From positions 59,708,001-59,772,000 of the forward strand of contig NC_087437.1 in the NCBI RefSeq assembly GCF_036321535.1: a DNA stretch of 64,000 bases, written 5' to 3'. Source of the DNA: Camelus dromedarius (Eukaryota). The notes under the pieces were generated by a model. The model was not told where the DNA came from, ran no database searches, and worked only from the letters and a program-made list of their open reading frames with translations. This document shows, piece after piece, positions 50,327 to 62,699 of the stretch. Numbering within the stretch: the stretch's first letter is position 1; every line of letters begins with the position of its first letter. Made by a program: the position numbers and the translations under genes.

Positions 50327-51428
50327 AACTCTTCTCACTTATGGTGGAAAAAAGTTAAATGAAATTGAAATGAGATGAAAATTCAACGTTTCTTCCCCAG
50401 GGACCTCAACTGGTTGTACAAAATGAACCAGCAGGGGCTGCATGTGTGCAGCTCACTCACAGGCAGGAGCGCTCACTAAAAGCAGAAACCAAGAAACGAC
50501 AGCCTAGCGTCTTCTCAGGTATGGGGTTTGACCTGGTGCAACAAGCACGTCACAAGGAGGAGTCTTCTAAATAGAGACGAGGATGCTTGTAAGTCTAAGA
50601 ATGATGCCTCTTCCAAGCTACACGGCTGTACACGGCCGGGCTCCTCTTTGGAATGAGCCTTCCTAGTCCAGACAATGCCCTCGCCTGTCCTTGGGGATGG
50701 ACAGCCTCTGTTCTTTGATGGCGGATTTGACTTCTGAGCAGAGTCTGGTCACCTGGAGCTGGCTCAGATGACTAAGGGATGATGAGGTTCTGTGATGTTG
50801 TTGGGAGATAAAAGCTATGAAGGCAAAAATAATGGGACCGGTTTTTCTGTGTGGGCCACAGTTGGTGCTGAAGGCCCTCCCCAAAGAGGTGGTGACTTTA
50901 CACTTGCGCCCGGTGATGCGCGCGTCGTGGGAGTAGGCACACAGCCCCCTCGGGGCGCAGCGGAAGGCCGGCCTTCATTTGGATGCTTCAGCTCTGGGGA
51001 CAGTTTTTAAAACCCTGACTCTCACATTTAGAGCTCACTGGGAGCAACGGCAGGACTGTTTGTTCTGTCTCACCTATCAATTTAAAACAAATTTATATTT
51101 GGTCCAAGGTTTCCATTCTTTGGGGGCTGAAGGCAAGTGCCACCATTTTTTTCTTCCTTCTTTTCACATGCTTGCTTCCTCGCCCACCAGAGGTCTGCGT
51201 GTTTGTCCTTCATGACGGCTGGAGGCAAAAGGTCCCAAGCACCAACAGTGTGCAGGCCGGTGGTCACTGGGGCCACAGGGCAGTGACTGCGGTGGGGGAG
51301 CTGCAGCACCAGACCCCAAGGACATCTCTCTGGGAGGTCAGACACTGCCCCGGGGCCTGTCCCAGGGCCTGTCCCAGAGGTGCCCTAGATCCGATCCGTT
51401 CCCAGACCCCGGGCCAGGCGAGGGGGAC
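50300..51428 (-). other. XXYLT1: XXYLT1 3' UTR (about 1.1 kb; cleavage site approximate)
   Basis: Repeat-free sequence between the TAG (51431-51429) and the first canonical AATAAA I found that has a downstream GU/U-rich element. Confidence 0.7.
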
Positions 51429-51825
51429 CTAGGCCTCTGGGATAGGGGTGTTGCAGTTCCCATGGTAGATCTTGACGTGGCCCTCACACCGGAAGTAGGC
51501 CTCGAAGACGTCACTGTAGCCGTGGTCCCTCCACCAGGTGCACAGCTGCCGGTTCCAGGTACAGTCCAGCACGTGGAAGAGCTCGGGGTGCTCCATGCCG
51601 ATCATGGTGAAGAAGTCCTGGTCCCCGAGGTGCCCCCGGAAGCGGTACTTGTCGGCCAGCTGCTGCACCTGCGCCGGCTCCAGCAGGCGGCCGTAGAGCG
51701 GGGACTGGCGCATGGCCTCCAGGTTGAGCAGCATCACCCCGCTGTTGAAGCCAGGGAGCCCTTCGGGGGGAGGACCCCCGACTCGGGTCTTGGGGTTCTC
51801 ATGGCGGAACTGCCAGAATGTGTGC
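51429..51825 (-). CDS. XXYLT1: Coding part of the terminal exon of xyloside xylosyltransferase 1 (GT8 family, Notch EGF-repeat xylosylation); C-terminal 131 aa plus TAG stop, preceded by a phase-2 intron
   Basis: Translation HTFWQFRHENPKTRVGGPPPEGLPGFNSGVMLLNLEAMRQSPLYG...GHLGDQDFFTMIGMEHP...WNRQLCTWWRDHGYSDVFEAYFRCEGHVKIYHGNCNTPIPEA* matches the mammalian XXYLT1 C-terminus as I recall it. It has the GT8 motifs FNSGV, GDQD and the C-terminal metal-binding His (YHGN). The acceptor is ctgtcctttcccctttccAG|G, with AG at 51827-51826. The first 15-16 aa of the track ORF are intronic. Confidence 0.97.
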
Positions 51826-51852
51826 CTGGAAAGGGGAAAGGACAGATTTAGC
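51826..51852 (-). promoter_or_regulatory. XXYLT1: 3' splice site of the last XXYLT1 intron (branch-point-like CTAAAT, polypyrimidine tract, CAG)
   Basis: The minus strand reads gctaaatctgtcctttcccctttccag immediately before protein similarity begins. Confidence 0.9.
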
Positions 51853-53594
51853 CCGGGGTGTGTGTGGGGCACAGTTTGCCAGTCCTGGTTCCCTGGGTCT
51901 TTACAACCACCCTGAGGGGAGGTACTGTTTTCACCCCAGGTTTACAGCTACAAAAACTGAGAGGTTCTGAGGTTCAGAATCTCATTGCACTGCCAGCAAG
52001 AGGCAGGGCCGGGACCTGGACCCAGGCCTCCTGCTCTTCCCACCACACTCGGCTTCCTCAGGATGACATACATCATCGTCTGCATGGCTCATGTTGTACA
52101 GACTTAGGAAGCACAGGTACCACACCCTATGGGACGGGTGTTCTAAGTGACCACATGCCACCCCACGCCCGAGGACACTGGTGCACAGAGAGGTGCAGGG
52201 ACTTCGCCAAAGTCACAACCAGCCCAAGCCAGCATCAGGCCCCAGTGTCCACTTCTGAAGATTGCAACAAGGTAGGTGGAACTTTCCACCCTCTTGTCTT
52301 TGATCTTGAAAAGGAGAGAGAAAAGTGGGGAAGCAATTCTGAATGGTGAGCAGGGAAAGACACAGGCAGAAACAAAATCTTCTGCTTTAGAACAAGCCTC
52401 ATCATTAAGACCCCATGCCTAGCATTTCTGAAGGTGGCTGAAGGTGGGGTAGGGGCTGGAGGCTTGAAACACCTCAGGAAACACCCATGGCTGAGGGTGC
52501 AAAGCAGATGTGGGAGAGGGAGGTGGAATTATGGCTGTTTGAGAGAGAAGGTCAGCTCAATTTCAAGTTCTCTTGGCAGATTTAGAAATCTGATCCAGGT
52601 CCACAGCTCACAGGATGTTAGAGCCAGGGGGCCCCTTCTATGTCCTCTAACCAAGTGTGTCCATTTGGAGAAGGGAGGGCAGATCAGAAACCTCCCAGTG
52701 GGTGACATGGTTAGAGCGCTAGCCACTCTGTTCTCCAGCCTCCTTAACATCAAGCTCTTGCAAGAGGTGGGCACAGGAGGGAGCTGAGAGTGCCCCAGGC
52801 CCCACACCGCCAGAGAGGCAGTCACAGCAGAGAAGCCTGCGACGTGGAGGAAAGCCGGAGGGCCCTTTGTCAGGCACAAGAGCAGAAGTGGGCTGGGGCG
52901 TGTTCTGCATCAAACTCCATCCCACCTACTTTACCAGCTTCGCCCCTTCCCTAGATTGTAGCGTGGGGAATGCTGCATCATGGCAAAACCAGCTCTGCTC
53001 CCAGCCTGGAAATGCCAATCTCTGGTCTCCCACAGAGACAGCTCCCCTGACCCATCGCAGGGCAGGAGCTGTGGTGAAGTGGACAACACAGTGGAAAGAA
53101 AACCAGAGGCCTGGCCCGGGTTGGGCCACACTGAGTCATTTTCCAGTTCCAACACATTCTCTGGGCCTGGGAATAGAGCTTCCTTGAGGTCTTGCATATC
53201 ACAGGGGGCCAAGAGTATGCTCCTGGCCAGGGGCAAGGCATTCCGGTTGGACATTCTTACAAGTGGAATACACAGGTTCATTGTCTGGGTTTCACCATAA
53301 TTGGACTGTGAGTAGAACAGAGCTCTGGCGCCTGCTTGGTGATAACAACTTTAAGTTTCCAAACCAAATAGAGATGCTGGATCTTTCTAGCCATTAAAGC
53401 CTGCAGTGATGGGATCACAGCAGGGTTAGAATGTAGTTTGACTACTGTTAATTCATTTATTTCAGGAACAGGTTGCAAACCAGCTAAAATTCTACCAAAT
53501 ACAGCTGGGCCACCACAGAATGGCAGAGGGGACCCTCCAGCTAGGGGAGGGTTTTTTTTTTAACTATTGTAGTTGGAAATGTTATTAACCCTAC

Positions 53595-54600
53595 CCAGTA
53601 ATTGACAGAGCAAGTAGACAGGGGATATGGAAGATCTGAACAGAACTATGAACCAACTTGACCTAGTAGACATTTGTAGAACTTTCTACCCAACGAGAGC
53701 AGATCACACATTCTTTTCTCCTGCAAATGGAACATTCATCAAGATAGACCACATACTGGACTACAAAACAAGTCTCAATACATTTTAAAAGGTTAAAAAT
53801 CAGATAAAGAATGGTCCCTAACCCTCCTACACTGTTGGTGGGAATGTAGTTTGGTGCAGCCATTATTGAAAACAATATGGAGATTCCTTAAAAAACTGAA
53901 AATAGAGTTTCCTCTAGATATATGCCCAGGAATGGGGTTGCTGGATCATATGGTAAGTCTAATTCTAAAAGATACATGCACCCCAGTGTTCATAGCAACA
54001 CTATTTACAATAGCCAAGACATGGAAACAACCCAAATGTCCATCAACAAATGACTAGATAAAGTAGTTGGGGTACATTTATACAATGGAATACTACTCAG
54101 ATAATGCCATGTGCAGCAACATGGATGGACCTGGAGATTGTCAGTCTAAGTAAGCCAAGAAAAGGAAAATACCATATGATATCACTCATATGTGAAATCT
54201 TAAAAAAAAAAAAAAACTTATTTACAAAACAGAAATAGAATCCCATAGAAAACAAACTTATGGTTACCAGAGGGGAAAGTTGGTGGGAAAGGATAAATTG
54301 GAAGTTTGAGATTTGCAGATACTAACTACTATATATAAAATAGATAAACAAGTTTCTTTGGTATAGCGCAGGGAACTATGTTTAATATCTTATAGTAACC
54401 TGTAATGAAAATGAATATGTATATGGATGACTAAAACATGCTGTACACCAGAAATTGACACAAACAACATTGTAAACTGACTATACTTCAATAAAAAAGG
54501 TCCCTAACCAAAATGGAATTGCACTTAAAATAAAAAACAAGATACCTAGAAAGTTTCCAAGTATTTGGAAGTTAAGCCACATATCTTTAAACAAGCCATT
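53595..54600 (+). mobile_element. Old L1 EN-region fragment interrupted by a younger 5'-truncated L1 (53824-54498)
   Basis: TSD GGTCCCTAACC at 53813-53823 and 54499-54509. ORF 53851-54057 contains KDTCTPVFIATLFTIAKTWKQPKCPST. Confidence 0.88.
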
Positions 54601-56544
54601 GATCAAAGTATTGCAAATTGGATGAATAGCCACATTCTCTTCCATTTTCAAAAGCAGAGTGACCAGCTGTCCCAAGTCCTGAGAGACGCCTTGTCCCAGG
54701 CAAGCCAGGACACCTGGTCATCTATTGAAACCTCAGGGTTCAGACTAAGTTATGTGTCACCTTAGGAATAGGGTTTTCTCTTTTTTCAGGGGAGGAGGAG
54801 GTTTTATTGCCAAGGCACTGGATTCAGCCCTCAGAAAGGAGAGACCCAGGGGAAAGGAGACGGAAGTGGACATCCCGAACTCCGTCAAGCCCACCGGTCC
54901 TTCTGTGCTCCCCACAGCTCCGTCTCCCAGGACCACCACTGCCTCCTCAGCATCGCACACAGCAGGGCCTCAGGAAGCATGAAGTGATGACAAGGACTGA
55001 GGGAAAGGTCACTTCAGCTTAGGCTACGTGGCCTTCAGTGTTGTCTGGCACCAGGGACAGAAAAACGTCAGGACACAAAGTTGCTGCTGCCGAGAGAAAA
55101 CCTGCTGCTTCTCTGAGCCCTGTATCCATCACTGGCAGGTCTATGTGGGGTAGAGTGAGGAGTGGGGACCCACGAGGGGGTGCCCAGGTGTTTCAAAAGG
55201 GTTTGGAAGGGTTTCTACTCTTGAGCAAGCTGGGGAGCAGAGGGGCCATTTGCAGTCCCAGGGTGCATCCTTACCACCTTCAGCAGGGAGCTCCTCCAAG
55301 TCTTCCCTTTTACACCACAGTGACCTGCCACCAAACCTGCTGGGCTCAGGAAAGCGGGGCCGGAGGCAGAGAGATGGACAACATCCTTCCAGGCAGAGAC
55401 CATAACCCAGGTGGCTCTAGGGGAACTTGCTGCCTAGCACTGCGGCTCAATCAGGATGAAGAGGCATTTTATGACATAGAGCCAGAAGGAGCCAGGTCTG
55501 GACATCAGCACATGATGACTTGTAAGCAGAAGCAAAGGAGGGACAGGAAATTGGAAATGCAAGCTGCCTGGGGTGTCTGCTGGAGCATCAACGCAGCCTG
55601 AAAATGAACCACTGACTCTAAGTAGAAAATTATTGCCCTTGTTGAAAGCGTTCCTTCTACCCCCAAATGAACTCAAAAACACAGAGCAGCTGCTCAGGGG
55701 AATGGTGGGTTTCTCTGGCCTCCACATCAGCTGGTTCTCCTGGAGGAACTGCCCCAGCCTTGGGGCAGAGAGGGGTGCAGGGACACAGAGGGGATCAGCG
55801 CTCACGTAAAGGGCTACCAAGGTGAGATCCCCAGTTCCTCACCCACCACAGAGCCCTCTGACATCATCTGCCTCCCTTCCCTCCCGGCAGCACGGGGACA
55901 GTACTGCCTGCATTTTAACAGAAGGGAACAGAGGCCCTCAGTTGTCAGGGCTCTGACGCGAATCCAGGGCTTCTGATCTCCGAGATCCCTTTCATCTTTG
56001 ACTGCCTTGGATTCCACCACCGGCTAATGTTCCAAGGAGCAGCTCTGGAATTTCAATTTTATTTCTGATTTGGCAGGCCACTGGTGCCTCACTGACTGGC
56101 ATGGGGAGGGCGTCAGACCGAGAGCCGCTCTGAGGTGGGCCAGGGCACCCCAGACCCTTGCCTTCCTCCCAGGACCTGGGCTGACCATATGGCAATGGCA
56201 GGAGCTGAGGCTGCAGGGAACCTCTGTGTGAAGGAAGGAATCTGGTTCTGAGTCCTAGAGCTTCCAGGACTTTCTCAGATTAACCTCCATGCCCACAGCC
56301 TAGCCATGTTGCACCGCTTAATCGTCTGTATTTGGGCCTGTGCAGCCTTGTTCTCACCCTCCAGGGTCACCTAGAGGGGATAAGGTTTCTTCCCTTTTAG
56401 AAACAACTTCAGCTGCGAACAAGCCCCCGTGCAGATGGTCCACTGTAAATACTGAGTCTTTCCAGAAGCTGACGAGGCTTGTTGGGGAAGCACAATGAGG
56501 CACGTTCTTCTAGTTATGGGTGATATGTTTTCTAATTTTTTTTA

Positions 56545-56667
56545 ACTTCTTTTTTGGGGAGGGGGAGGAGGTAGTTTGTTTATTTTTAGAGGCAGTACTG
56601 GGGATTGAACCCAGGCCCTTGTGCATGCTAGGAATGCGCTCTAACGCTTAAGTTATACCCTCCCCCC
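56545..56667 (-). mobile_element. tRNA-Ala-derived SINE (camelid Vic-1-like)
   Basis: The minus strand reads GGGGGGAGGGTATAACTTAAGCGTTAGAGCGCATTCCTAGCATGCACAAGGGCCTGGGTTCAATCCCCAGTACTGCCTCT followed by an A-rich tail. It has A-box-like and B-box (GGTTCAATCC) motifs. Near-TSD tctaatttttttta / tctaaatttttta. Confidence 0.85.
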
Positions 56668-56729
56668 TCTAAATTTTTTATATCAAGTATGTCTTAATTA
56701 ATCGTCATAAAAAGACTATTAAAAAGTAG

Positions 56730-56930
56730 TGAAATACAGACGTAGAAAACAAACTAATGGTTACCAGGGTGGGGAAAGTGGGTGGGAAGAGATAAATTGG
56801 GAGTTCGAGATTTGCAGATAACTACCTACCATACATAAAACAGATCAACAGCAAGTTCATACTGTATAGCACAGGGAACTATATTCAATAGCTGTAGTAA
56901 CCTATAATGAAGAAGAATACGAAAATGATG
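56730..56930 (+). mobile_element. L1 3' UTR fragment
   Basis: cagacgtagaaaacaaactaatggttaccaggg...gataaattgggagttcgagatttgcagata...gtatagcacagggaactatattcaata. Confidence 0.85.
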
Positions 56931-59900
56931 GAAGGGGGTAGTTGAAGTAATTTTGAAAAGCAAAGCCATCTCCTCTCTCAGGTCTTTCCCCTGATGATCA
57001 TTGCCAAGGTCACTCCGCCAAGACTCTCAACCACAGACCCTGACCAGAGAACAGCGAGCTCACTTCTCCAGGGGAGAACCCGTGTTGCCATGAACTGTCC
57101 CTCTCCCTGCCCCACCAACGAGCCTACACCCAAATCACAGACCCTTCTGCCTCCTTATTTCCTCATGAGTTTTTTCTCCTGGGTTGGTCTTTCTCAGCTC
57201 CTTGGGCTCAGAGTTTTCCACTTTACTTCCAAGAGGAGAAGCAAGGATGAGAACACACACTGGGCCCAGGCAGTCTTCACAACACCCCCCCCAGGAAGGT
57301 TCTAGAAGCCTGTGCCAGCCAACTCAGGCTGAGTTCAAGCTCTCAGGCCAAAAAGGCTCCATCATAGATCTGGATTCACAGGGACCACATGTCGCCATTC
57401 CTCAAGCTGAGGGCAGAGTCACTAAGAAGCCAGCAAGGCCGGCCTCCACCTGGAGGAACTGGAGGCTGTCTAATCAGCAGAGGCCGGAATCAGGAAACGC
57501 CACTTCCCTTATGCCCGTGCTGTGTGCCAGGCCCAATCAGCTATTGTTTGACTTGGAGGGGACCCTGTTTTCTAGTCCTCTGTGAGGAAAGGCCAGGAGC
57601 GAAGAGCCATGGTGGGAGCAGCCCAGTGTTCCATCCAGCCCCGCCTTGCGGCCACCAGGGGCCAGCTGTGGGAGATGTGGGGCTGATTCAGGGCAGCGGC
57701 ACTGTGTCTCGGTCCTGCTTCGGGCTGAGGCCGAAGTTCTGTGGGACGGGCGCTGACCCTGAAGTTGTCTAGGGGACAGTGCCCTGTGGTATCAAACTGC
57801 AGAGGACACGGACCGCCTGGAATTGTCCCCCCGCCGCCAAAGCTTTAAATGGCCCATTTCCCCAGGGTATTTCTTACTGCCAAGAGTCACAACTGAGCCT
57901 TGTTAGGATCTCTTGCTAGCAAGACCCAAAGCAGGCAGGTCTCTAACTCAGAGAGGGTGAGAAATGTTCCCAAAGTCACACAGGTTATCAGTGGTAGGAC
58001 TGACAGGGGCTACTCATCACCACTGTCAGCCAGCAGAGAGAGGCCCCGAAGTCCCTTCTGCCGTGTCTTTGTGAGACGTGCAGGGACGCCAGAGAGCACA
58101 CTGAACTACGGGAAGAATCAATCAGCGATCTCTCACATATTTAGCGGAGCACGGACTAGACCCAGCTGATACGGAGGTGAGTAGAACATCCCTGCCCTCA
58201 GGAAACTGACAGTGCAGGGGGGCCAAGACCCGGATGTCAATACACCAACAGTGTATGAGGCTGTGAGAGGGGCGCTGCACCTGGAACCCGGAGACCTAGG
58301 CTAAGGACCAGCTGTGTGAGTCCTGGGCCTCTCAGGGCCTTGGCTTGTTCAGCAAGGATGTGGGGATGAGACTCCCCCGAGGGCCATAGTGGACTCTAGG
58401 AGCAAATGCAGGCACAAACCTGCCCAGCGCCAGGCCCTTTAGAGGGGCCCTGACTGTCACTGTGGGTGCCCATTCCCAGAAGGCAGACCCCCTCCCTGCC
58501 CAGGCTCTTCTCAGGGTGTGGTGGTCTCCCAGGGACCAGCCCTCATCCACCCACCAGCCATCTACAGGTTTCTGTTTGACTTTGCTTCCTGCTTTAGAGA
58601 GTCTACAATGATGAAGGTGACCCACGTCAACTGTCTCATTCCTAGAGCGGCACCAGCTATAACCCATCCACCTGTGTGGGACTCTCTCAAACCAGGCAGA
58701 GCATTGAAATCATGTAGCATGAACATCCCTGCATCCGGGCACTGTCAAGGCCTAGAGGCTGCTCCCCACGCCCTCAGGAGGCGGTGGGATGCCCTTCTCT
58801 GAAGCATCTGTCCTCTTTTCTGCCTCTCCCATCATTCCCTGGCCTGTCTGACATCCCAGCCTCGTGGGCTGCCTCCCACACCTGCTGCCTTGGAGCTGGG
58901 AACAGACGGGTGAGGCAGGGAATTCCTTGTCACTCAATCTGACAAACAGCTCTGGAGCAGGCCATGCCTAAACTGGGCGAGGCCCTGGAGGGCTGCATGG
59001 AGGGGAACTGGGGGAGTGACAAGGGACAGAGGTGATGGGGGAAGAGGCATTGCAAGGTTCAACCAGGCAGATGGAGCTCTGAGCGGCTTCAAGTCTAGGT
59101 TACTACAGGGATGGTGGAGCCACTAACAGTTTGGCAAGGCTGGGAGGAGGAAGAGGGGAGTGACCCATTCAATCTTGAATAGATGCCAGAGAAAAGAGTG
59201 ACATGGAAAAGTTCTGCAGGTGGCTGGATACAGGTCACAGGCAAAGCAGGCAGGATGAAATTCTAGAGGGTTCTGACACTTAGGGAATGGAAGAAGAGGC
59301 ACGAGGAAAGATGTAGGATGCTCTGTCTGCTGTGGGAACCCCTGAGGAGCCATGCGGACCTCCAGCCCGACCTGCAGGCCCATTGTGCCCATGCAAACCC
59401 CTTGTCCCCCAGCCCTGTGACCCAGGTGCCCAAAGTGCCCCAGCCTTCCTCCCCTACCCCCTCATCCCCATCCAATCCAGTGGCGTCCAGACATTCTCTC
59501 CCCAGATGTTGCCCTCCAAACCCTCTAACTGATACCAGCTGACCATTCTCTGCCTCCCATTCAAGCAAACACTGATCTGGACAGAATGACACCTCGGTCC
59601 CTCCCCAGGCAGAGACCAATCCCAATGCCACTGCCCCAAACCCCAGGGATGCCCCTGCCTCCCCGCTGCACACCCTTCCAGAGCTGTCCTCCCTCCTCCA
59701 CCGCAGCCTCCACCAGCAGTCTAGCTGCCTCCTCACCTCCTTGCTCATCACCTCTGCCCACCACCTAAGCCATCTTCTCTGCTCCATTCCTAAGGTACCC
59801 TCAATAATTTCAATGGCCGTGGTGACGGCCTCACCTCGGCCTCAGGGTTTTCTGCAAGCCCCACTTGAGCTACCGACTCAGCTCCCCTCCGTGCACCTTG

Positions 59901-60396
59901 CCACCACAAGGCGTTCTGCTCCAGGGACAGGGAGCCGACAGAGATGCCCTCAGACCCCTGCACCCTGCCCTCACCCCCAGGGAACCTGCCCGTCGGCCCC
60001 TTGGGAGTCTCCGGGGCCCACCTCTCCTATTCTCTAGGCTATCAATCTCCCCTGGCTCCCCACCCAGCCTAAGCTGCCCCCAGCAGCTCGCCACATGCCT
60101 GGAATGTAACAGTGTTGAAAACGGTTGGGGATGAAGACTCAAAAATGCTGCAGGAGGTACCCGAGACCATTGAGCAGTGAGTGATGGAGACTAAGAGGTG
60201 GGACTCCTGCCCTGGGACAGAGGCAGAGAAGGCAGGTGCACCGGCAGCAAAGAAAGGGCAGAGGGAAAAATATTTGCTCAGAGGGAAGCTGAGTGTGTCC
60301 ACACGCCAAGGGAAAGGGGTGTGGAGGCCAGAATGAAGAGAAAAGACGCACAGAGTGAACGGCAGGGTGGCACTCTGAGGAATGATAATCATGACA

Positions 60397-60546
60397 ATGG
60401 CTAATATTTAGTGAGTGCTTACTATGTGCCAGGCCTTGTTTTAAGTCCTCAAATGTATGAAACTTGTTTAATGTTTTAATAAACAAATGAGGTAAGGACT
60501 CAAATCTCCATTTAATAGGAAGATATAAAACATATGCCCAAGGTCA
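60397..60546 (-). mobile_element. MIR SINE
   Basis: atggctaatatttagtgagtgcttactatgtgccaggcc...tgcccaaggtca. Confidence 0.75.
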
Positions 60547-61209
60547 GAGGCGTCCAGGCAGGAGGGTCTGCCAAGAAGAGGGAAATCCTGGGACACATCT
60601 GAGACTGGAGGAGGGACAGAAGTAAGGGACAGCTCTGAGTGGGGAGTTAGGGATATTGGGAAAGCTCATTTTTGGTGAACTCAAAATCTTGGGAAGGTAC
60701 GAGGTGAAGTCATCCAGGGAAACAGAGGGGCTGGGGTGCAAAGAAGGCCTTGAGAAAGAGGAATCGTTTATGAGGGCACCTGGGAAACGCAGTAAGGAAT
60801 CAATGAAAGATGAATGAAAGAATCTGCCTGAGCGCTGAGGGCGTGAGTGCAGTCAGGGAGCCCAGGAGTGATAACCGGAAAGCATCTTACTCATTTTTTT
60901 GTCTTGAGAGCCTGGTGTGGGCATTTGATTCACAGCAGTCTGCTGAGAACTGTTACGTTTCAAATGAATGTTTGCATAAATGGATTAAAGAATCAATGAA
61001 CAAAGGAATAAGAAACTGTAAAAGCAAATGGTGGAAATTTAAAAGTGGAGAATGTTGAATGAAGGCAGTGGAACAACAGTTCAAAAGGTAGTTGGGGGAG
61101 AGTGTGCCCTGGGCCCTGTGGGCTGGAGCCATGAGGGGTCTTCACTGGAGGGAGCCAGGTCCCCCTCAGGATGAGGATGGAGAAGAGGAGAGAGAAAAGT
61201 TGGTCCCCT

Positions 61210-61855
61210 TGAGACAGGAAGGAAGGGGGTAGGGCACAGCCATTAAAGGAGTGACAGCAACGAGCCCAAGATGGTGGAAAAGTAAACTCCCATAGACCCT
61301 GAGGTCCAAGATGGCGGGAGATTCAACCTCCAGTGGACCTTGAGCTTCATTATACACATTTCAATGTACTAGCATGGTTAATGACACTCCCACAGGTGCC
61401 AAGACACTTTGAGGCTGACCGTGAAAGGTCAAAAAAAGGGCGGTGGCCCAGTTCCTGGGAATCCCCACCCCTTCCCTGAAGTAGTTGGAATAATCCTCCT
61501 ACTCATTAGCATATGAAATTCCTGAGCCCATAGAACCTAACAACCTCACACCTTGTGGTCACTGTCTCTCTTGCCTTCTGAGACAGCCCACACTCTGTCT
61601 AAGGAGTGTGTATCTGTTTTCACTCTAACAGCCCCCCACCCCACCTCGTGGCCTCTCTGGCCTTCTGAGATGGCCTATACTCGGTCTATGGGGTGTGCAT
61701 CTCTCTGAATAAATCTACTTTTACTCAACTATGGCTCGCTCTTGAATTTCTTCCTGCGCAAAGCCAAGACCCTCACTTGGCAGGGTGCGTCCCAGGGACC
61801 TGACCAAGATCTGGGACATGGCCATCATCTTGTACCCATTTTTTTTCCTGTATCA
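61210..61855 (+). mobile_element. ERV solo LTR (probably ERV1 class), antisense to XXYLT1
   Basis: TG(agac)...(gtat)CA termini, AATAAA at 61708-61713, YY1-like AAGATGGCG near 61308, and an internal direct repeat. Confidence 0.8.
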
Positions 61856-62699
61856 CCACGAGCTAAGGAATCCACACCTGTGATGAGATGCTGGTATGAC
61901 AAAAGTTAGCCATGAAGAGCCCCAGCTGGGAACCTGATTCAGCAGTGCCCACAGCTCTGTGGACAATGCCCTTCCCAGTGCTGGCCCTGGAGGAGCCCGT
62001 GGCCTCCAAGCAGCAGGGCTTGTACATCACCGCTCGGGAGCAGCTTAAATCTGGTGGGAGCCTTGGGGCCCAAGCAGGAGACCACAGGGCCTGCAGCCAG
62101 CAGGCTGGGCTGGTGAGGGCCATATGCAGGGGGCCTCAGCTCAGCTCCAAGATCCTGCCCTTTCCCTGGAGTTAGGCTGAGGGAGGGACTTTCTTCAGGG
62201 TAAAGACAAAGCCAGAGTCACCTTCAGAACTGGCTCACTGCTCCTCCCACGGCACTAGGGGACACAGGAGAGAAGTACCCAGGACACAAGCTGGGGTGTT
62301 TTCTGGGACAGTGAGCAGAACAGAGGCGTATGTGGTAAGGGTGATGGGGAGGGGCACATGTGGAATTTAATCTTGTGTCCGGAATTGAGATCAGTCAATC
62401 TAGCCCGGCACCCTTCACCCTGCTGTGGCTGACCCAGGCACAAAGGCCACCGAGCTACCAGTAAGTATGTTACTTCTCAAGCCTAGAAGCAATCCGTGAG
62501 CCCGCCCACTTCATCTAAGCTGAGCTCTACCTTTGCCCCTGCTGTCCTACAAGTTCGTGGCCTAGGTTTTGGTCAAGGGTAAAACTACCGATCGGCACAT
62601 TGACATAAATACTGGGGGTCTCCCACCTGTCAGGCACAAGGCACTGTGGAGGCGGACGGCGACAGGCCAGATGCAGGCCCTGCCTTGCAGGAACCTGTC

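Noticed and set aside
51462..51851. 129-aa plus-strand ORF overlapping the XXYLT1 exon
   Set aside because: It is an antisense shadow of a GC-rich coding exon with no independent support.
51826..51872. N-terminal extension MPHTHPGLNLSFPLS of the XXYLT1 ORF
   Set aside because: It is intronic read-through upstream of a strong splice acceptor. Protein similarity begins at the exon boundary.
56588..56667. Possible tRNA-Ala gene
   Set aside because: The stems are degenerate and it has a SINE-type tail and TSD, so it is a SINE.
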